64,000 nt of DNA from an uncultured Thermoplasmata archaeon (lineage in GTDB: Archaea; Thermoplasmatota; Thermoplasmata; Halarchaeoplasmatales; Halarchaeoplasmataceae). Of the stretch, positions 1 to 11,095 are shown piece after piece (positions within the stretch are counted from its first letter, which is position 1; each line of letters begins with the position of its first letter). Where the stretch lies: the NCBI GenBank assembly GCA_964602715.1, contig CAZRSB010000005.1, positions 1,105 through 65,104 of the forward strand, written 5' to 3'. Position numbers and translations under genes: made by a program. Below the pieces are notes generated by a model that had not been told where the DNA came from, made no database searches, and saw nothing but the letters and a program-made list of their open reading frames with translations.

Positions 1-6
1 CTGATT

Positions 7-1101
7 TCATATACCATCGGTGATCTCCTCGAATTTCTCTTTTAACCAAGTCATCTGTTCTTCAGTGGAGGTGAGTGGTGGCAAAAATCGGATGATCCTG
101 TTCCCCGATACACCTGTTATTATCCCCTCTTTCTCTAGTTCTGGCATATACTCATCTACAGTTTTTTGCATTATAGCACCTTTTATCAATCCTCTCCCCC
201 TTGTCTTTATTACCTCATCACATTCAAAATCTATAGATTTTTTAGAGATTTTTTCTATCAGACCTTTCTCTTCTATAGCTCTCAAAGTAGCTGCAGCGGC
301 TTTACAGGCTAACGGATTTCCTCCAAAAGTACTCCCATGTTTTCCTTTAGGTATATCAAAATTGCACATGGTTAATCCAATAGGCACACCATTTGCTAAT
401 CCTTTGCCCATCGTGACTATATCTGGTTCTATGTCATAATGATCGATCGCTAAAAACTCCCCAGTTCTCAATCCACTCTGTATCTCATCGTCAATTAATA
501 GCGCTTCTTTGTCTCTAGTTAAATCTCTTACAGCTTCGATAAATCCCTGTTCAGCAGGAATGATTCCTGATTGACCTTGGATTGGTTCTAATATGACTGC
601 AGCTGTTTCATCGTTTATCTCTTCTTTGGCTTTTTCTATATCGTTAAAAGGTATATGGTCAAATCCATCAACAAGAGGTTCAAAACCTTTCTTATATTTT
701 TGTTTCCAGGTAGCACTTAAAGACCCAAGCGTCCTTCCATGAAATGCGTTCGTCATCGATATTATTCTCTTTTTACCTGTTTTCAGTCTTGCAAACTTTA
801 TCGCTGCCTCCACCGCTTCAGTTCCTGAGTTAGATATGAATGAATAATCGAAACAAATGTGTCTTTCGAGCTCTGTGAAAAATTCTCCTTTTTCTTCATG
901 AGTAAACATCGGGCCTGCTACCACAAGTTTTTCAACTTGTTTTTTGAGAGCATTCATGACTTTCTCGTTTTTGTGACCTAAAATCGCTACTCCTATTCCT
1001 GTCAAAGCATCGAAGTACCTGTTCCCTTCCTCATCCCATATATAAGCACCTTTTCCCTCAACTATCTTCATTCTTTTGTTATATACATTCACTTCTTTCA
1101 T
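7..1101 (-). CDS. lysJ: [LysW]-aminoadipate semialdehyde transaminase (class III aminotransferase)
   Basis: NSGTEAVEAA, FHGRT, DEIQSG, GKGLANG and GSTFGGNP motifs; last complete gene of the LysW operon. An ATG at 10-8 overlapping the stop suggests a next gene (probably lysK) runs off the window. Confidence 0.9.
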   Translation of the reverse strand: MKEVNVYNKRMKIVEGKGAYIWDEEGNRYFDALTGIGVAILGHKNEKVMNALKKQVEKLVVAGPMFTHEEKGEFFTELERHICFDYSFISNSGTEAVEAAIKFARLKTGKKRIISMTNAFHGRTLGSLSATWKQKYKKGFEPLVDGFDHIPFNDIEKAKEEINDETAAVILEPIQGQSGIIPAEQGFIEAVRDLTRDKEALLIDDEIQSGLRTGEFLAIDHYDIEPDIVTMGKGLANGVPIGLTMCNFDIPKGKHGSTFGGNPLACKAAAATLRAIEEKGLIEKISKKSIDFECDEVIKTRGRGLIKGAIMQKTVDEYMPELEKEGIITGVSGNRIIRFLPPLTSTEEQMTWLKEKFEEITDGI

Positions 1102-1826
1102 ACTATCACCGTCGTCCCATTAAGACCTATTATTTTTAACACCTCTACTCCATCATCTAATGCTTTACGTGCGGTGATTAGTTTTCTTTTCATACCACCT
1201 TCTACAGATCCTTCTATGTGCTCTAGGTCTTCTCTATCGACCTCTTCTACAACTTTGTCTTCCGATAAAAGGGCGGTTTCACTTAAGAAAATCAATTCTT
1301 TTGCTTCGAATTTCTTTGCCACATTATATGCTAATTTATCTCCATCGATGTTCAATGGATTGAAATTTTCATCCATAGCTATAGGAGCTAAAACCGGTGT
1401 TCCTATTTCTTTGATATCCATCAACTTCTCTTTATCGATAGAGCTTATATTACCAGATTGGTCATCTCGGATCACTTTTCTTTTTCCGTCTATCTTCGCT
1501 TTTAAAATCTCTTTTCTTTTTCCCCGTATAATCCTTAGGTCTAATCCACTCAAACCTACACAATCTATACCTTGGCTTTGAAGATATTTAACTATTCTTT
1601 TGTTAGCTTTCATCATACCCATTAAGAATAAATCTATATCCTCATAGGGAGTATATCTGAACTCTACACCTGATAAACTTTTGATCCTTTTGATCTCTTT
1701 ACCTACTTTTTTGAAAAGATCGTCTACAAAGTCTGATCCCCCATGGACTATAATTTCTGATTTAGAGATCTTCTCGAATTCGTCTAGCTCATTTAATACT
1801 CCTCCACCAATTTTAATTATCCGCAT
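1098..1826 (-). CDS. lysZ: [LysW]-aminoadipate/glutamate kinase
   Basis: IKIGGG, VHGGS, NIDGD and GGMKRK amino-acid-kinase motifs; start moved to MRIIK at 1826; operon context. Confidence 0.9.
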   Translation of the reverse strand: MRIIKIGGGVLNELDEFEKISKSEIIVHGGSDFVDDLFKKVGKEIKRIKSLSGVEFRYTPYEDIDLFLMGMMKANKRIVKYLQSQGIDCVGLSGLDLRIIRGKRKEILKAKIDGKRKVIRDDQSGNISSIDKEKLMDIKEIGTPVLAPIAMDENFNPLNIDGDKLAYNVAKKFEAKELIFLSETALLSEDKVVEEVDREDLEHIEGSVEGGMKRKLITARKALDDGVEVLKIIGLNGTTVIV

Positions 1827-1840
1827 CTTATCACTCAATT

Positions 1841-2836
1841 TCATATTGGATTTATTGGATGTTGGTTCAAACCCATTTTTTCTTCAAATCCAAACATTAT
1901 ATTCATATTTTGAACAGCCTGACCAGCCCCTCCTTTCAGTAAATTGTCAATGGCTGAAAAGACCACTACTCTACTGTTTTTTTCATCGTAAGCAAAGCCC
2001 AAATCAGCGTAATTGCTTCCGATCACGTATTTAGGATTAGGATTTCTTTGGAATCCTCCGGTCTGTTTTACAAATCGTATAAAGGTTTCATCTGAATACT
2101 CGTGAAATTTTTTGTAAATATCCGACTTGTCGGTTTTCATATTTATATATATAGTAGCTAAAAGACCTCTAACCATATCCACTGAATGCACGGTGAAATT
2201 AGCATTTATACCCGTTTCCTGAATGACTTCAGCTTCGTGTCGATGGCGATATTCTTTGTAAGGTCTTACAACTGAACTTCTTTCAGGATGAGAGGACATC
2301 ATATTTGCTCTTCTTCCTCCCGCACTCGAACTTACTTTAAGGTCGACGACTGCCTTCTCAATCTCGCCCTTGAATGGATACAAACCTAAAATCGCCGCTG
2401 TAGCATTGCATCCTGGATTAGCTACTATATCAGCTTCTTTGATCTGTTCTCTGTTCAGTTCAGGTAATCCATAAACTGCTTCATTTATCAGCTCAGGTCT
2501 TTTGTGATCTCCATAATATTCCTTGTAAAGATCTAATCCAACCCTGAAATCGGCACTCAAATCTATTATTTTTGATTTTCCAATGAAATCGTTTATCAAT
2601 TTCATCGATGACCCATGAGGAACGCATAAAAACGTAACATCAGAATCTATTTTTTCCAGATCATCGGTAAATCTCAGATCTATCCCTTTTAGATTTGGAT
2701 GAATTCTATCAACTTTTTCGTTTGCAAATTTTCTAGATGTGATTGTAGAGACATTTACTTCAGTATGATTATCAAGGATCCTCAGGATCTCTCCTCCTAT
2801 GTACCCGCTGGATCCCACTATAGCAGCGTCGATCAT
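1841..2836 (-). CDS. lysY: [LysW]-aminoadipyl-phosphate reductase (ArgC family)
   Basis: GSSGYIGGE, DLSADFR, NPGC catalytic Cys, DNLLKGGAGQAVQNMN. Confidence 0.92.
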   Translation of the reverse strand: MIDAAIVGSSGYIGGEILRILDNHTEVNVSTITSRKFANEKVDRIHPNLKGIDLRFTDDLEKIDSDVTFLCVPHGSSMKLINDFIGKSKIIDLSADFRVGLDLYKEYYGDHKRPELINEAVYGLPELNREQIKEADIVANPGCNATAAILGLYPFKGEIEKAVVDLKVSSSAGGRRANMMSSHPERSSVVRPYKEYRHRHEAEVIQETGINANFTVHSVDMVRGLLATIYINMKTDKSDIYKKFHEYSDETFIRFVKQTGGFQRNPNPKYVIGSNYADLGFAYDEKNSRVVVFSAIDNLLKGGAGQAVQNMNIMFGFEEKMGLNQHPINPI

Positions 2837-3660
2837 GATTCTCCCTTCCTCACAGCAAAATCTACTAGTTTTTGAGCAATATCTATTCCAGTCACTCTTT
2901 GAGCGTTTCTAAATTCCATATTTGGATTTACTTCATTTACTAAAAGACCTTCATCACTTTCGAATAAGTCAATAGCTAAAGCTCCTTTTCCGAAGGCTTC
3001 CCATGTATTAAGAGAAATCTCTTCGACTTCTTCATCTTCGCAATTAATCGCTTTCGCACCGCGAGCTGTATTAGTAATCCAATGATCTAGGTTTTCTCTA
3101 TATATGGCCCCGATATACTCTCCATCTATTACATAACTTCTGATATCCCTATTTGGTTTATTCACGAAATCTTGATTGTAATATATTTTATAGAGTGGAT
3201 TTTTCATCCATTTTCTATGCTCCATTAAAGCTTCAGCGGCTTCTTCATCGTTAACCTTACTAACCATTCTTCCCCAACTGCCGAATACCGGTTTCAGAAC
3301 AGTTGGATATCCTAACTCTTCTACTGCTTTAACTGCACTTCTTTCATCAAAAGTAACATTCCAGTCAGGTAGGCTAACTTTTCCTTCAAGGTTTTGTGTA
3401 GAAAACAACTTATCTCCAGCTTCAAGATTGATTTCAAAGGGATTTATGGTTGGTATACCTTCTTCTTCAAAGAGTCTTGATAAGTACAGCAGATTAAAAT
3501 AGCTAGCGTTCCTTACCAAAACTACATCAATATCATGCTTGCTAGGAAAACGAACTTCTTTATCATGTATCATGACCGCTTCATGACCTGATTCTTCTAT
3601 TCTATCTCTGATTAGGAGCTCTTCTTTTCTTTTCATCGTATAGCTTATACCTATTTTCAT
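2833..3660 (-). CDS. lysX: alpha-aminoadipate--LysW ligase (RimK/ATP-grasp)
   Basis: KPVFGSWGR, RDIR, WITNTARG, NEVN; adjacent to lysW. Confidence 0.92.
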   Translation of the reverse strand: MKIGISYTMKRKEELLIRDRIEESGHEAVMIHDKEVRFPSKHDIDVVLVRNASYFNLLYLSRLFEEEGIPTINPFEINLEAGDKLFSTQNLEGKVSLPDWNVTFDERSAVKAVEELGYPTVLKPVFGSWGRMVSKVNDEEAAEALMEHRKWMKNPLYKIYYNQDFVNKPNRDIRSYVIDGEYIGAIYRENLDHWITNTARGAKAINCEDEEVEEISLNTWEAFGKGALAIDLFESDEGLLVNEVNPNMEFRNAQRVTGIDIAQKLVDFAVRKGES

Positions 3661-3743
3661 ATTTATACCACCGTATTTTTATTCATAGAGGCTTATGTGA
3701 AGTGTATTTATATTTAAATAAATAAACAAATAAGAAAAATTTT

Positions 3744-3908
3744 TTATTCTCCCCAGTCTTCTTGTATTTCGGGTATTTCTTCAAGAATGGTCGGATCTTT
3801 ACTGTAAACTTCCAGATCTGAAGTACAAGTACTGCACTCTATAATCTCATGTTTTTCCGTATCATCTAGTTCTACGCTAGTACCACAAACAGGACAATCA
3901 CTATTCAT
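3744..3908 (-). CDS. lysW: amino-group carrier protein LysW
   Basis: CPVC...CSTC zinc ribbon, acidic, diagnostic C-terminal EDWGE; start at MNSDC (3908) after a GGAGGTGA RBS. Confidence 0.95.
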   Translation of the reverse strand: MNSDCPVCGTSVELDDTEKHEIIECSTCTSDLEVYSKDPTILEEIPEIQEDWGE

Positions 3909-4914
3909 TTTTATCACCTCCTTTTGATTTTTCATTCGAATCTGAAATTTTGTTAATTTTTGATATGATCTCTTGGGTTACTTCTTCGGTATTTGCCCTG
4001 CCTCCTATATCTGGGGTTAAACTTCCCTGGCTTATTTGTTCTTTGACTGCGGTCCATACCAGATCTCCGTTAAGACCCAAATAATTCAACATCATACCAC
4101 CACTCAATATGCTCCCAATTGGATTGGCTATACCTTTCTCCTCTATGTCAGGGGCGGTGCCATGAACTGGTTCAAAAAGAGCAATTTCATCCCCATAATT
4201 ACCAGATGGAATGATTCCTAAGCTTTCTACATTGATAGATGAAAGATCCGAAATTATGTCCCCAAATAGATTTCCGCTCAATATAATATCATGTTCCCAA
4301 AAACTCTCAACTACCTCGATTGTGAATGCATCGATAATTCTGTCATCTATTCTTAATCCTTTATTTTCAGCTAAATTCATAGTAATCTCTCTGAAAAATT
4401 TATCTCCTTTCAACACATTCGCTTTATGAACAAAAGTGATTTTATCAGTACCTATCTTTGATGCTAGTTCTGCAGCAAATTTTGTTATCCTCTCACATCC
4501 TTCTCTTGTGATAACTCTATTGTCGATGATTTTATTCTTAGAACACTCGTATTCATCAGAATAAAGCCCTTCGCAGTTCTCCCTTACGATAAACACTTTT
4601 TTTCCTTTATTCATATTTGGTACAATTCTTAAATTTGCGTATAATTCTAATTCCTGTCTCAAAGTCAATATAAGACTTTTGTACTTTGTTTCTTTAGATG
4701 GAGTTTCAGTAGCACCAAAAAGGACTGCATCCATCTCTTGAATTTCATCAATTTTGTATTTGGATATGGGTACGCCTCTTTGTTGGTAGATCTCATAACC
4801 TCCCTTGAGTTCAATGAACTCGATTTTATCAGTTACATTATTTAATACTGAAATACATGAATCAAGTACATCATCACCGATACCGTCTCTTCCTAGCACA
4901 GCTACTCTATACAT
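3901..4914 (-). CDS. homoisocitrate dehydrogenase (isocitrate/isopropylmalate dehydrogenase family)
   Basis: [35 protein letters not shown]; lysine operon context. Confidence 0.85.
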   Translation of the reverse strand: MYRVAVLGRDGIGDDVLDSCISVLNNVTDKIEFIELKGGYEIYQQRGVPISKYKIDEIQEMDAVLFGATETPSKETKYKSLILTLRQELELYANLRIVPNMNKGKKVFIVRENCEGLYSDEYECSKNKIIDNRVITREGCERITKFAAELASKIGTDKITFVHKANVLKGDKFFREITMNLAENKGLRIDDRIIDAFTIEVVESFWEHDIILSGNLFGDIISDLSSINVESLGIIPSGNYGDEIALFEPVHGTAPDIEEKGIANPIGSILSGGMMLNYLGLNGDLVWTAVKEQISQGSLTPDIGGRANTEEVTQEIISKINKISDSNEKSKGGDKNE

Positions 4915-5390
4915 AGATCATCCCTCCTGTTGACATAATTTAAAATACCCTCTTCTTCGATTATAGTAAATAAAAGTCCCTCTAAAGGTTTCATTTTTTT
5001 CTGAACCTCATCTTTCCGTACAAATCCTTTTTCCCAATCAACCTCTATTTTATCACCATCATGCAACCACCCTGTTTCACCGATCAAAATCGGTATTCCG
5101 AGATTGATACAATTTCTGTAAAAGATCCTTCCAAAATTTTTTGCGATGATGCCTTCGATACCAGATGCTTTTAGTGAGAGAGGTGCTGACTCGCGAGAAG
5201 AACCTATTCCAAAATTTTCACCTCCTACTACTACATCATTTTCATCGACACTGTTTGCAAATTCCGGTCGGGCTTCGATGAAAGGTATTTTTGCTAATTC
5301 TTCAGGGTCCTCAGTTAAATTATATCTGCCTGGAGTTATCATATCTGTCGAAACATTATCTCCAAATTTCCATACTCTACTATTGCTCAT
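4902..5390 (-). CDS. lysU: homoaconitase small subunit (LeuD family)
   Basis: [30 protein letters not shown]. Confidence 0.85.
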   Translation of the reverse strand: MSNSRVWKFGDNVSTDMITPGRYNLTEDPEELAKIPFIEARPEFANSVDENDVVVGGENFGIGSSRESAPLSLKASGIEGIIAKNFGRIFYRNCINLGIPILIGETGWLHDGDKIEVDWEKGFVRKDEVQKKMKPLEGLLFTIIEEEGILNYVNRRDDLCIE

Positions 5391-6550
5391 GATACCTCCT
5401 CCGGATTCGTTATTTCCCCATAAAGAGAACTGACAGCTGCTGTTTTGGGATTAGATAGGTATATCTCTGCGTCTGGAGAACCCATTCGCCCTCTAAAATT
5501 TCGATTGTTAGTGCTCAAAACCACTTCATCCTCTCCAACTACCCCCATATGTCTTCCTAAACAGGGGCCACAACCTGGTGGTAATATCGTAGCTCCTGCT
5601 TCAATGAGAGGACTAACTAGATTTTTTTCTCCCATCTCTTTGTAAACTTGTTGGGAGGCTGGACAGATCAGTGTCCGCACCTCTACCTTTTCCCCTTCAA
5701 GTATCTCAGCAGCTTTTTTGATATGTTGAAACCTACCATTTGTACAAGATCCGATAAACACTTGATCTATTTTTCTTGAATTATCTTCTATAAATCCGAT
5801 ATTAGTAGGACTGTGTGGAAGCGATAGCAGAGGAGGGACCTCGTTTAATTTGATCCCCATCTCTTTCACATAGTTCCCTTGTCTTCCGTAGCTTCCATCA
5901 TCGACTATGGCAGTCTTCGCATTGATTTCCGCGCTAAAATTAGTGAGTGTCATTTTTTCATCAGTAGAAAGTGTATCTTTGTTAGCTCCGAAAAACTCAA
6001 GGGCTTTGTAGTTCATATTAATATTTTCTAATTTTTTGTTCAACAACATTATTATGTCCATCGCCATCACATTTTGCCTTAGAGAACCTTTTAAATCGAC
6101 TTTAACACTTCTCGGTACTTTCAACCATGTTTTTCCAGTTCCGAGTATTACTGCTACATCTGTAGCTCCCATACCAACGGCAAAACTCCCGAAAGCACCC
6201 AATGTGGGAGTATGAGAATCTGCTCCTACGATTATTTTATTTTTTTCTACTAATTCTTTTTCATAGACGACTTGGTGACATATACCTTCTCCTTCAAATA
6301 ATTGGATGTCATATTGTTCTGCAAATTCTCTTGTTCTATTCTGCAGATCTGAATAATCAACAGTTGATGAGGGATATACATGATCGAAGAAGACATAAGT
6401 GTCATTTGGTTTTTGGACGCTATCATAGTTCTGGTTAAACGCTCTTATGACTAGAGGCATAGTTGCATCATGACCGTATGTCAAGTCAACTTCCCTTATC
6501 ACTGACTCTCCTGCCTCAGCATTCAAAATATTTTCAACTATTGTCGACAT
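5387..6550 (-). CDS. lysT: homoaconitase large subunit (LeuC family)
   Basis: [26 protein letters not shown] Fe-S motifs, NRNFRGRMG. Confidence 0.85.
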   Translation of the reverse strand: MSTIVENILNAEAGESVIREVDLTYGHDATMPLVIRAFNQNYDSVQKPNDTYVFFDHVYPSSTVDYSDLQNRTREFAEQYDIQLFEGEGICHQVVYEKELVEKNKIIVGADSHTPTLGAFGSFAVGMGATDVAVILGTGKTWLKVPRSVKVDLKGSLRQNVMAMDIIMLLNKKLENINMNYKALEFFGANKDTLSTDEKMTLTNFSAEINAKTAIVDDGSYGRQGNYVKEMGIKLNEVPPLLSLPHSPTNIGFIEDNSRKIDQVFIGSCTNGRFQHIKKAAEILEGEKVEVRTLICPASQQVYKEMGEKNLVSPLIEAGATILPPGCGPCLGRHMGVVGEDEVVLSTNNRNFRGRMGSPDAEIYLSNPKTAAVSSLYGEITNPEEVS

Positions 6551-7652
6551 ATTTTTCCTCCTTTATTTCTCTTTTAGAAATCAATTTTTTGAGATCAAAT
6601 TGGCCAGACGAACTTTTCAATGATGCCAATATTTTCTTTACTGTTTTATCATCTGCTTTAATTCCTTTTTTTTCCAAATAATGTTTGACTGAATCTTTTC
6701 CGGAATACATATCAAGATGAACCTCCCTTTTTCTTCCTAGATCTTCTGCGGGCATGAATTCGTAGGTGTTTGGATCCTCTATTACAGCTGAAACATGCAA
6801 ACCCGAATTATGGACAAAGGCATTTTCTCCTACGATGGGTTGATTTTCCTGAACCTTTAACCCGGTAATATTTTGTATCATTTCACTCAATTCATTCAAC
6901 TTATGTAGATTGTAAGCATCGATATCATAATGATACTTGAGAGTAACAGCAATTTGAGCCAGATCAACAATACCTGATCTTTCTCCTATTCCATTGACAG
7001 AAGCATCAACTAGTGTAGCCCCCGCCTCAACTCCCATGATCGCATTGGTTAAAGCTAATCCCATATCATCATGGCAATGTACGTTTGTAGGAATACTATA
7101 ATCTAAAAAATCAGTAACTATTTGATAGAAATCGAAGGGATAGGCACTACCAGTTGTATCTGCCACACTGAATCTATTTGCACCTGCATCTTTAGCTCTA
7201 CTCAATGTCCTAAATAGATTATCCCATTCAGTTCTGATTGTGTCTTCGGGCGTAAAACGCACTTTAAGTCCATGATCCTTTGCATAGGTGATAGATCTTT
7301 CAATTTTTTGAAGAGCCTCATCTAAACTGATTTCAAATCGATTTTTTAAGGCCCTTTCTGAAACACATAAAAATATTCCAATCCATTCAACCCCTGATTC
7401 AATCACTAGATCGATGTCTTCTTTTGTAGCCCTAGAATGGGCTAACAGACTTGCATCTAGATTTTGAGAAGACACTTCTCGAACACCTTCAAAGACAGAG
7501 TCACTGACTGCAGGGTGTCCCAATTCTATAAAATCAATTTCGAACTCGTCTAGGGCCGTAGCGATCTCTAAACGTTCTTTTGAAGTATAACTAACACCTG
7601 GTGATTGTGCTCCCTCTCTTAATGTGCTATCTAGTAATTTTATGTTTTTCAT
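6534..7652 (-). CDS. homocitrate synthase (DRE-TIM family)
   Basis: [31 protein letters not shown]; no LeuA regulatory domain; ATG 7652 follows a GGTGA RBS. Confidence 0.87.
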   Translation of the reverse strand: MKNIKLLDSTLREGAQSPGVSYTSKERLEIATALDEFEIDFIELGHPAVSDSVFEGVREVSSQNLDASLLAHSRATKEDIDLVIESGVEWIGIFLCVSERALKNRFEISLDEALQKIERSITYAKDHGLKVRFTPEDTIRTEWDNLFRTLSRAKDAGANRFSVADTTGSAYPFDFYQIVTDFLDYSIPTNVHCHDDMGLALTNAIMGVEAGATLVDASVNGIGERSGIVDLAQIAVTLKYHYDIDAYNLHKLNELSEMIQNITGLKVQENQPIVGENAFVHNSGLHVSAVIEDPNTYEFMPAEDLGRKREVHLDMYSGKDSVKHYLEKKGIKADDKTVKKILASLKSSSGQFDLKKLISKREIKEEKYVDNS

Positions 7653-7905
7653 TATTCTCACCTAACTTTACACAATTAACTGACTCTTTTGTTATTATGA
7701 CTGATTGAAAGTTCTGGTATCTTTTTATACAATCTATTTTTTCAGTGTTAGTTCTTCGATTGTTTCTAATTTGAAAATTAATATAATCAAAAAGTTCTTT
7801 TTCTATAGTTCTTAGATCAATTCCATTCCTTTTAAGATTTTCGTAATGGATTTTACGATTATAGTTTATATGATCTCTATCTTCATACCTGTATTTATCG
7901 CGCAT
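7627..7905 (-). CDS. possible 92-aa upstream/leader ORF of the lysine operon
   Basis: ATG lies ~25 nt downstream of a minus-strand TTTATAA box (7937-7931) and the ORF overlaps the homocitrate synthase start; no recognisable domain. Confidence 0.3.
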   Translation of the reverse strand: MRDKYRYEDRDHINYNRKIHYENLKRNGIDLRTIEKELFDYINFQIRNNRRTNTEKIDCIKRYQNFQSVIITKESVNCVKLGENNEKHKITR

Positions 7906-8029
7906 ATTGATAGACAGATATAAGTATATGTTATAAATACTTTTTGTATTCTTTTACGAAAAAAGCAAATAAATTACTATATTCGTATTACAGTAAGTTT
8001 TAAATCTTCTACTCTCATAAAGTATAGAT

Positions 8030-8425
8030 ATGGATGAAACCGATCAGCAAATACTGAAGATATTGAAAAAAAATTCTAGAATGAGTTATATTGACATAGC
8101 GGAGAAAGTGGATTTGAGTGAAGGAGCCGTAAGAAAAAGAATAGACAACCTTAAAAAAGATGGAGTGATCAAAAGATTTACGATAGAAACTAGTGCTCAA
8201 ACTGAGGGATTGGTGATAATAAGAATTGATCCAGCAAAAACGAGAGAAGCAGCTAAAGAAGTAAAAAATTATGCTGAAAGGGTCTATGAGTTGTCTGGTG
8301 AATGGGATGTAGTGGCTTGGCTCTATGCTTCGGACATAAGAGAATTGAATGAAAAAGTGGACAAAATAAGGGAGATCTCTGGCATCTTAGATACTTCTAC
8401 CCTTATAAAGATGAAGGAACATTGA
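8030..8425 (+). CDS. Lrp/AsnC family regulator (LysM-like), divergent from the lysine operon
   Basis: MDETDQQILKILKKNSRMSYIDIA...LSEGAVRKRI HTH plus RAM domain (SGEWD). Confidence 0.88.
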   Translation: MDETDQQILKILKKNSRMSYIDIAEKVDLSEGAVRKRIDNLKKDGVIKRFTIETSAQTEGLVIIRIDPAKTREAAKEVKNYAERVYELSGEWDVVAWLYASDIRELNEKVDKIREISGILDTSTLIKMKEH

Positions 8426-8505
8426 TAATCTAAATTCGACCTCAAATGTGTAATAGAGAGATATATCAGGGATCAAAAGAAAGGATTAGACAGATGATGA
8501 CATCT

Positions 8506-9972
8506 CTATCCTAAAAAACTTCTAAGATTTGCAGCCTCCTGAACAAACTCGCTGATTTTCACTTTATTTTCTTTTCTAATACGTTCAATTATTTCATCAG
8601 TTACTTTTTTGTGTTCCAGATTAATATCCACTTCTTCTCTTAGTTCTATCAGGGTCTTTCTCAGCTCATCCGGGACAAAAGGCGAATCTTTGTTAAAATA
8701 CTCCAATGCGGTTTTTAAATCATCGTCAAAGTGAACATATACTTCTCTTATATATTCTAAATCTTTTTCTTCTAAAGCGTTAAGCCCCAAAATTTCAGGG
8801 GGTAATCCTATGGAATAAAGAGAAGCAGTGAAAGTGATTGCTCTAGGCAAGTTTGTCCCTTCAAAATCGCGCGAGTAACCAAATAAACCGGTATGTAATT
8901 TTCTTTTTCTCCGTCCTGGAACGTATCTAGCTACGTCGTTAATAACTGAAACTAGTTGGGATATATGTTTTCTGTATTCTGAGGAGTATCTTTCGACAAT
9001 TTCAAGACTTCTCTTTATGTTTATTTTTTGAGGAGATTCTGTCTTTCTACTTTGGAGGTATTCAACTCCATCTCGGACTTCTTTAGGAGGATTGTCATAT
9101 TTAAATGCAGATTGAATGGTGAAGGTGTGAACACTTGGATAGTCATCTATGATTCGATCGACCGTGAAAGGAGTCAAATTTCCTCTAAATGGAGAGGAGC
9201 CAGCTCCGAGGATTGGATATATATCTACACTCGTCTCTTCATTTAAATCATTGATCTTTTGAAGGGCTATCTTGTTCAATAGTATTGCTGAGAGATTGCC
9301 ATAGTTCATAGCAGGATCTGATCTTGCTAAGAAAATCCGTTGATGTTCTGTGTCCTTATCTTCAAGATATTTTTTAGTGATATCATATACGGCGAGCATA
9401 TTCTCTTTATCTTCTAGGAGAGGTATTACGTTAATAGCATCTGGTTTGAAATCTCCGATCCATTCGGCTATAGTTAGATCCTCTTCTTTAAATGATTTTT
9501 TTTGTTTACCGACAACGAAATCCCGATAATAATTGTATATTCTATTCAAACTATCAGCGGATGTAGTCATCGGCAAGATAACTTCAAATATTGGCGATTG
9601 TTCTTCTTCATAAAATAATTTTGATGTATCAAATGACCTAGGAATGCTTTCTAATGTTTCGATAAGTATCTTAGCTTCGGCTTTTTCTATGGCTGGATTT
9701 GGAACTCTCATTGTTAAAAATAGATCTTTACCAATTTTATTATCTTTGAAAAAATCTCCATAGTTAGCCAACAATTTCTTTACAACGAAATCGTCTGTTT
9801 CTTTTCCTTCACAATCCCACATTTGTTCGTCAACACCAAGATGAGAAAAGCCATAATATGCCTCCTTAACTTCATCTTCACCCCCTATTTCTGCATTCTC
9901 AGAAAAAAATGGGGTATGAACATTGTCTGGATGCTGAGTACTCATACATTTTGGTATTTTGGCTTCATACAT
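8506..9972 (-). CDS. ppcA: archaeal-type phosphoenolpyruvate carboxylase
   Basis: IPKCMSTQHPDN, MWDCEGK, RSDPAMNYG, PFRG, TIQSAFKYD, PRAITF; start set at MYEAK. Confidence 0.93.
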   Translation of the reverse strand: MYEAKIPKCMSTQHPDNVHTPFFSENAEIGGEDEVKEAYYGFSHLGVDEQMWDCEGKETDDFVVKKLLANYGDFFKDNKIGKDLFLTMRVPNPAIEKAEAKILIETLESIPRSFDTSKLFYEEEQSPIFEVILPMTTSADSLNRIYNYYRDFVVGKQKKSFKEEDLTIAEWIGDFKPDAINVIPLLEDKENMLAVYDITKKYLEDKDTEHQRIFLARSDPAMNYGNLSAILLNKIALQKINDLNEETSVDIYPILGAGSSPFRGNLTPFTVDRIIDDYPSVHTFTIQSAFKYDNPPKEVRDGVEYLQSRKTESPQKINIKRSLEIVERYSSEYRKHISQLVSVINDVARYVPGRRKRKLHTGLFGYSRDFEGTNLPRAITFTASLYSIGLPPEILGLNALEEKDLEYIREVYVHFDDDLKTALEYFNKDSPFVPDELRKTLIELREEVDINLEHKKVTDEIIERIRKENKVKISEFVQEAANLRSFLG

Positions 9973-10330
9973 GATATCTCTAATTCTCGAGATAAAAGGA
10001 ACATATATAAAATTTTTCGTAAATTTCTTTCGAATATTACTTGTGCAAATCAAATTAGACTATGCAAATCGTAATTTAATTATGGTATATAGGTATAATC
10101 AATCAAAAATCTAATGAAATATCTATATTAAAAATCAAGATAGATCCAATGGTGTTATTTAGATTAGCTATTAGAACTATTGATCATTTTTATTTGTGTC
10201 ATAGAGTTTTTCTCCCGTCATTTCATTCCAATGTCTTCAAACATGTCAGGGCTTTTTCGAATGGTTATGTAGTCTTTTTGGTTTTTTTCTTTTTCATGGA
10301 CTTTAAGTAGTTATAGATTATCTAAATTAA

Positions 10331-10424
10331 TCAAGAAGACACCTTCCTATCCGTAGCGACAGCGAGGATGAAGAGGGTTTTTAATCCTCGCTAATCGGCA
10401 GATTAGGCGGGTGATGAATTGGTC
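10331..10424. mobile_element. GC-rich structured element resembling an orphan IS200/IS605-type end or its RNA scaffold
   Basis: Inner stem AGCGAGGAT/ATCCTCGCT (10361-10392) and outer imperfect stem CACCTTCCTATC/GATTAGGCGGGTG within AT-rich DNA; the family assignment is from recollection only. Confidence 0.4.
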
Positions 10425-10431
10425 TGTATAG

Positions 10432-10554
10432 GAGGCTGTCAACTTTTTAGTGATATTGCCGATTTGTCTAAAAGGGATGTAGCTCTTCAGAATAATATAT
10501 GATATCTTTCAAAATATCTAAAAACTGAAAAATCACTAAATTTTAGACAGTATC
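10432..10554. mobile_element. putative MITE with imperfect terminal inverted repeats
   Basis: Left GAGGCTGTCAACTTTTTAGTGAT vs reverse complement of right end GATACTGTCTAAAATTTAGTGAT (17/23); flanked by TAG/TAT; no ORF. Confidence 0.5.
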
Positions 10555-10777
10555 TATACTTCAAATTGTTTATATGGTATCGATATATTCAGTCGGGACC
10601 ATTCTTACATTCTAACTCCCTTTTTATTTTAACTTATTCTACCTTTATTTGTTTTAAGATTCAAAGACATTCTCTTAATACTAAACTTAGTACACATCCT
10701 GGACCTTAAAAACCTGATTGAATCAGAGTACTTAGAAAGGAAAGATTTATTTATTTGTACATACATTGTACATATAG

Positions 10778-11095
10778 ATGTCATCTAACAGCGAGAATAG
10801 ATCGAAAAGGGTTAATTTCAGACTACCCGAGGAATTGATAGATATGGCCGACGTCACAGCTAGAGTGAAGCATAAGAACCGAACGGAGATAGTGAAGGAA
10901 GCTTTGGACGAACATCTGCACGAGATCATTGACAAGAGTTTCAAGCAAAAGGTGATAGAGTTGTATCTGGACGACGAGATCGAATACGAGATGTTGAAGA
11001 AGTTCCTTGGTCGAGAGGACGCAGAAGCTGTGAAAGCCTCTAAGGATATATTGGACCGGGGAGACGAACTGGCCGAAGAACTCTCTGAACTTTGA
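10778..11095 (+). CDS. ribbon-helix-helix antitoxin-like protein
   Basis: RVNFRLPEELI...NRTEIVKEAL RHH; overlaps the downstream PIN gene. Confidence 0.75.
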   Translation: MSSNSENRSKRVNFRLPEELIDMADVTARVKHKNRTEIVKEALDEHLHEIIDKSFKQKVIELYLDDEIEYEMLKKFLGREDAEAVKASKDILDRGDELAEELSEL

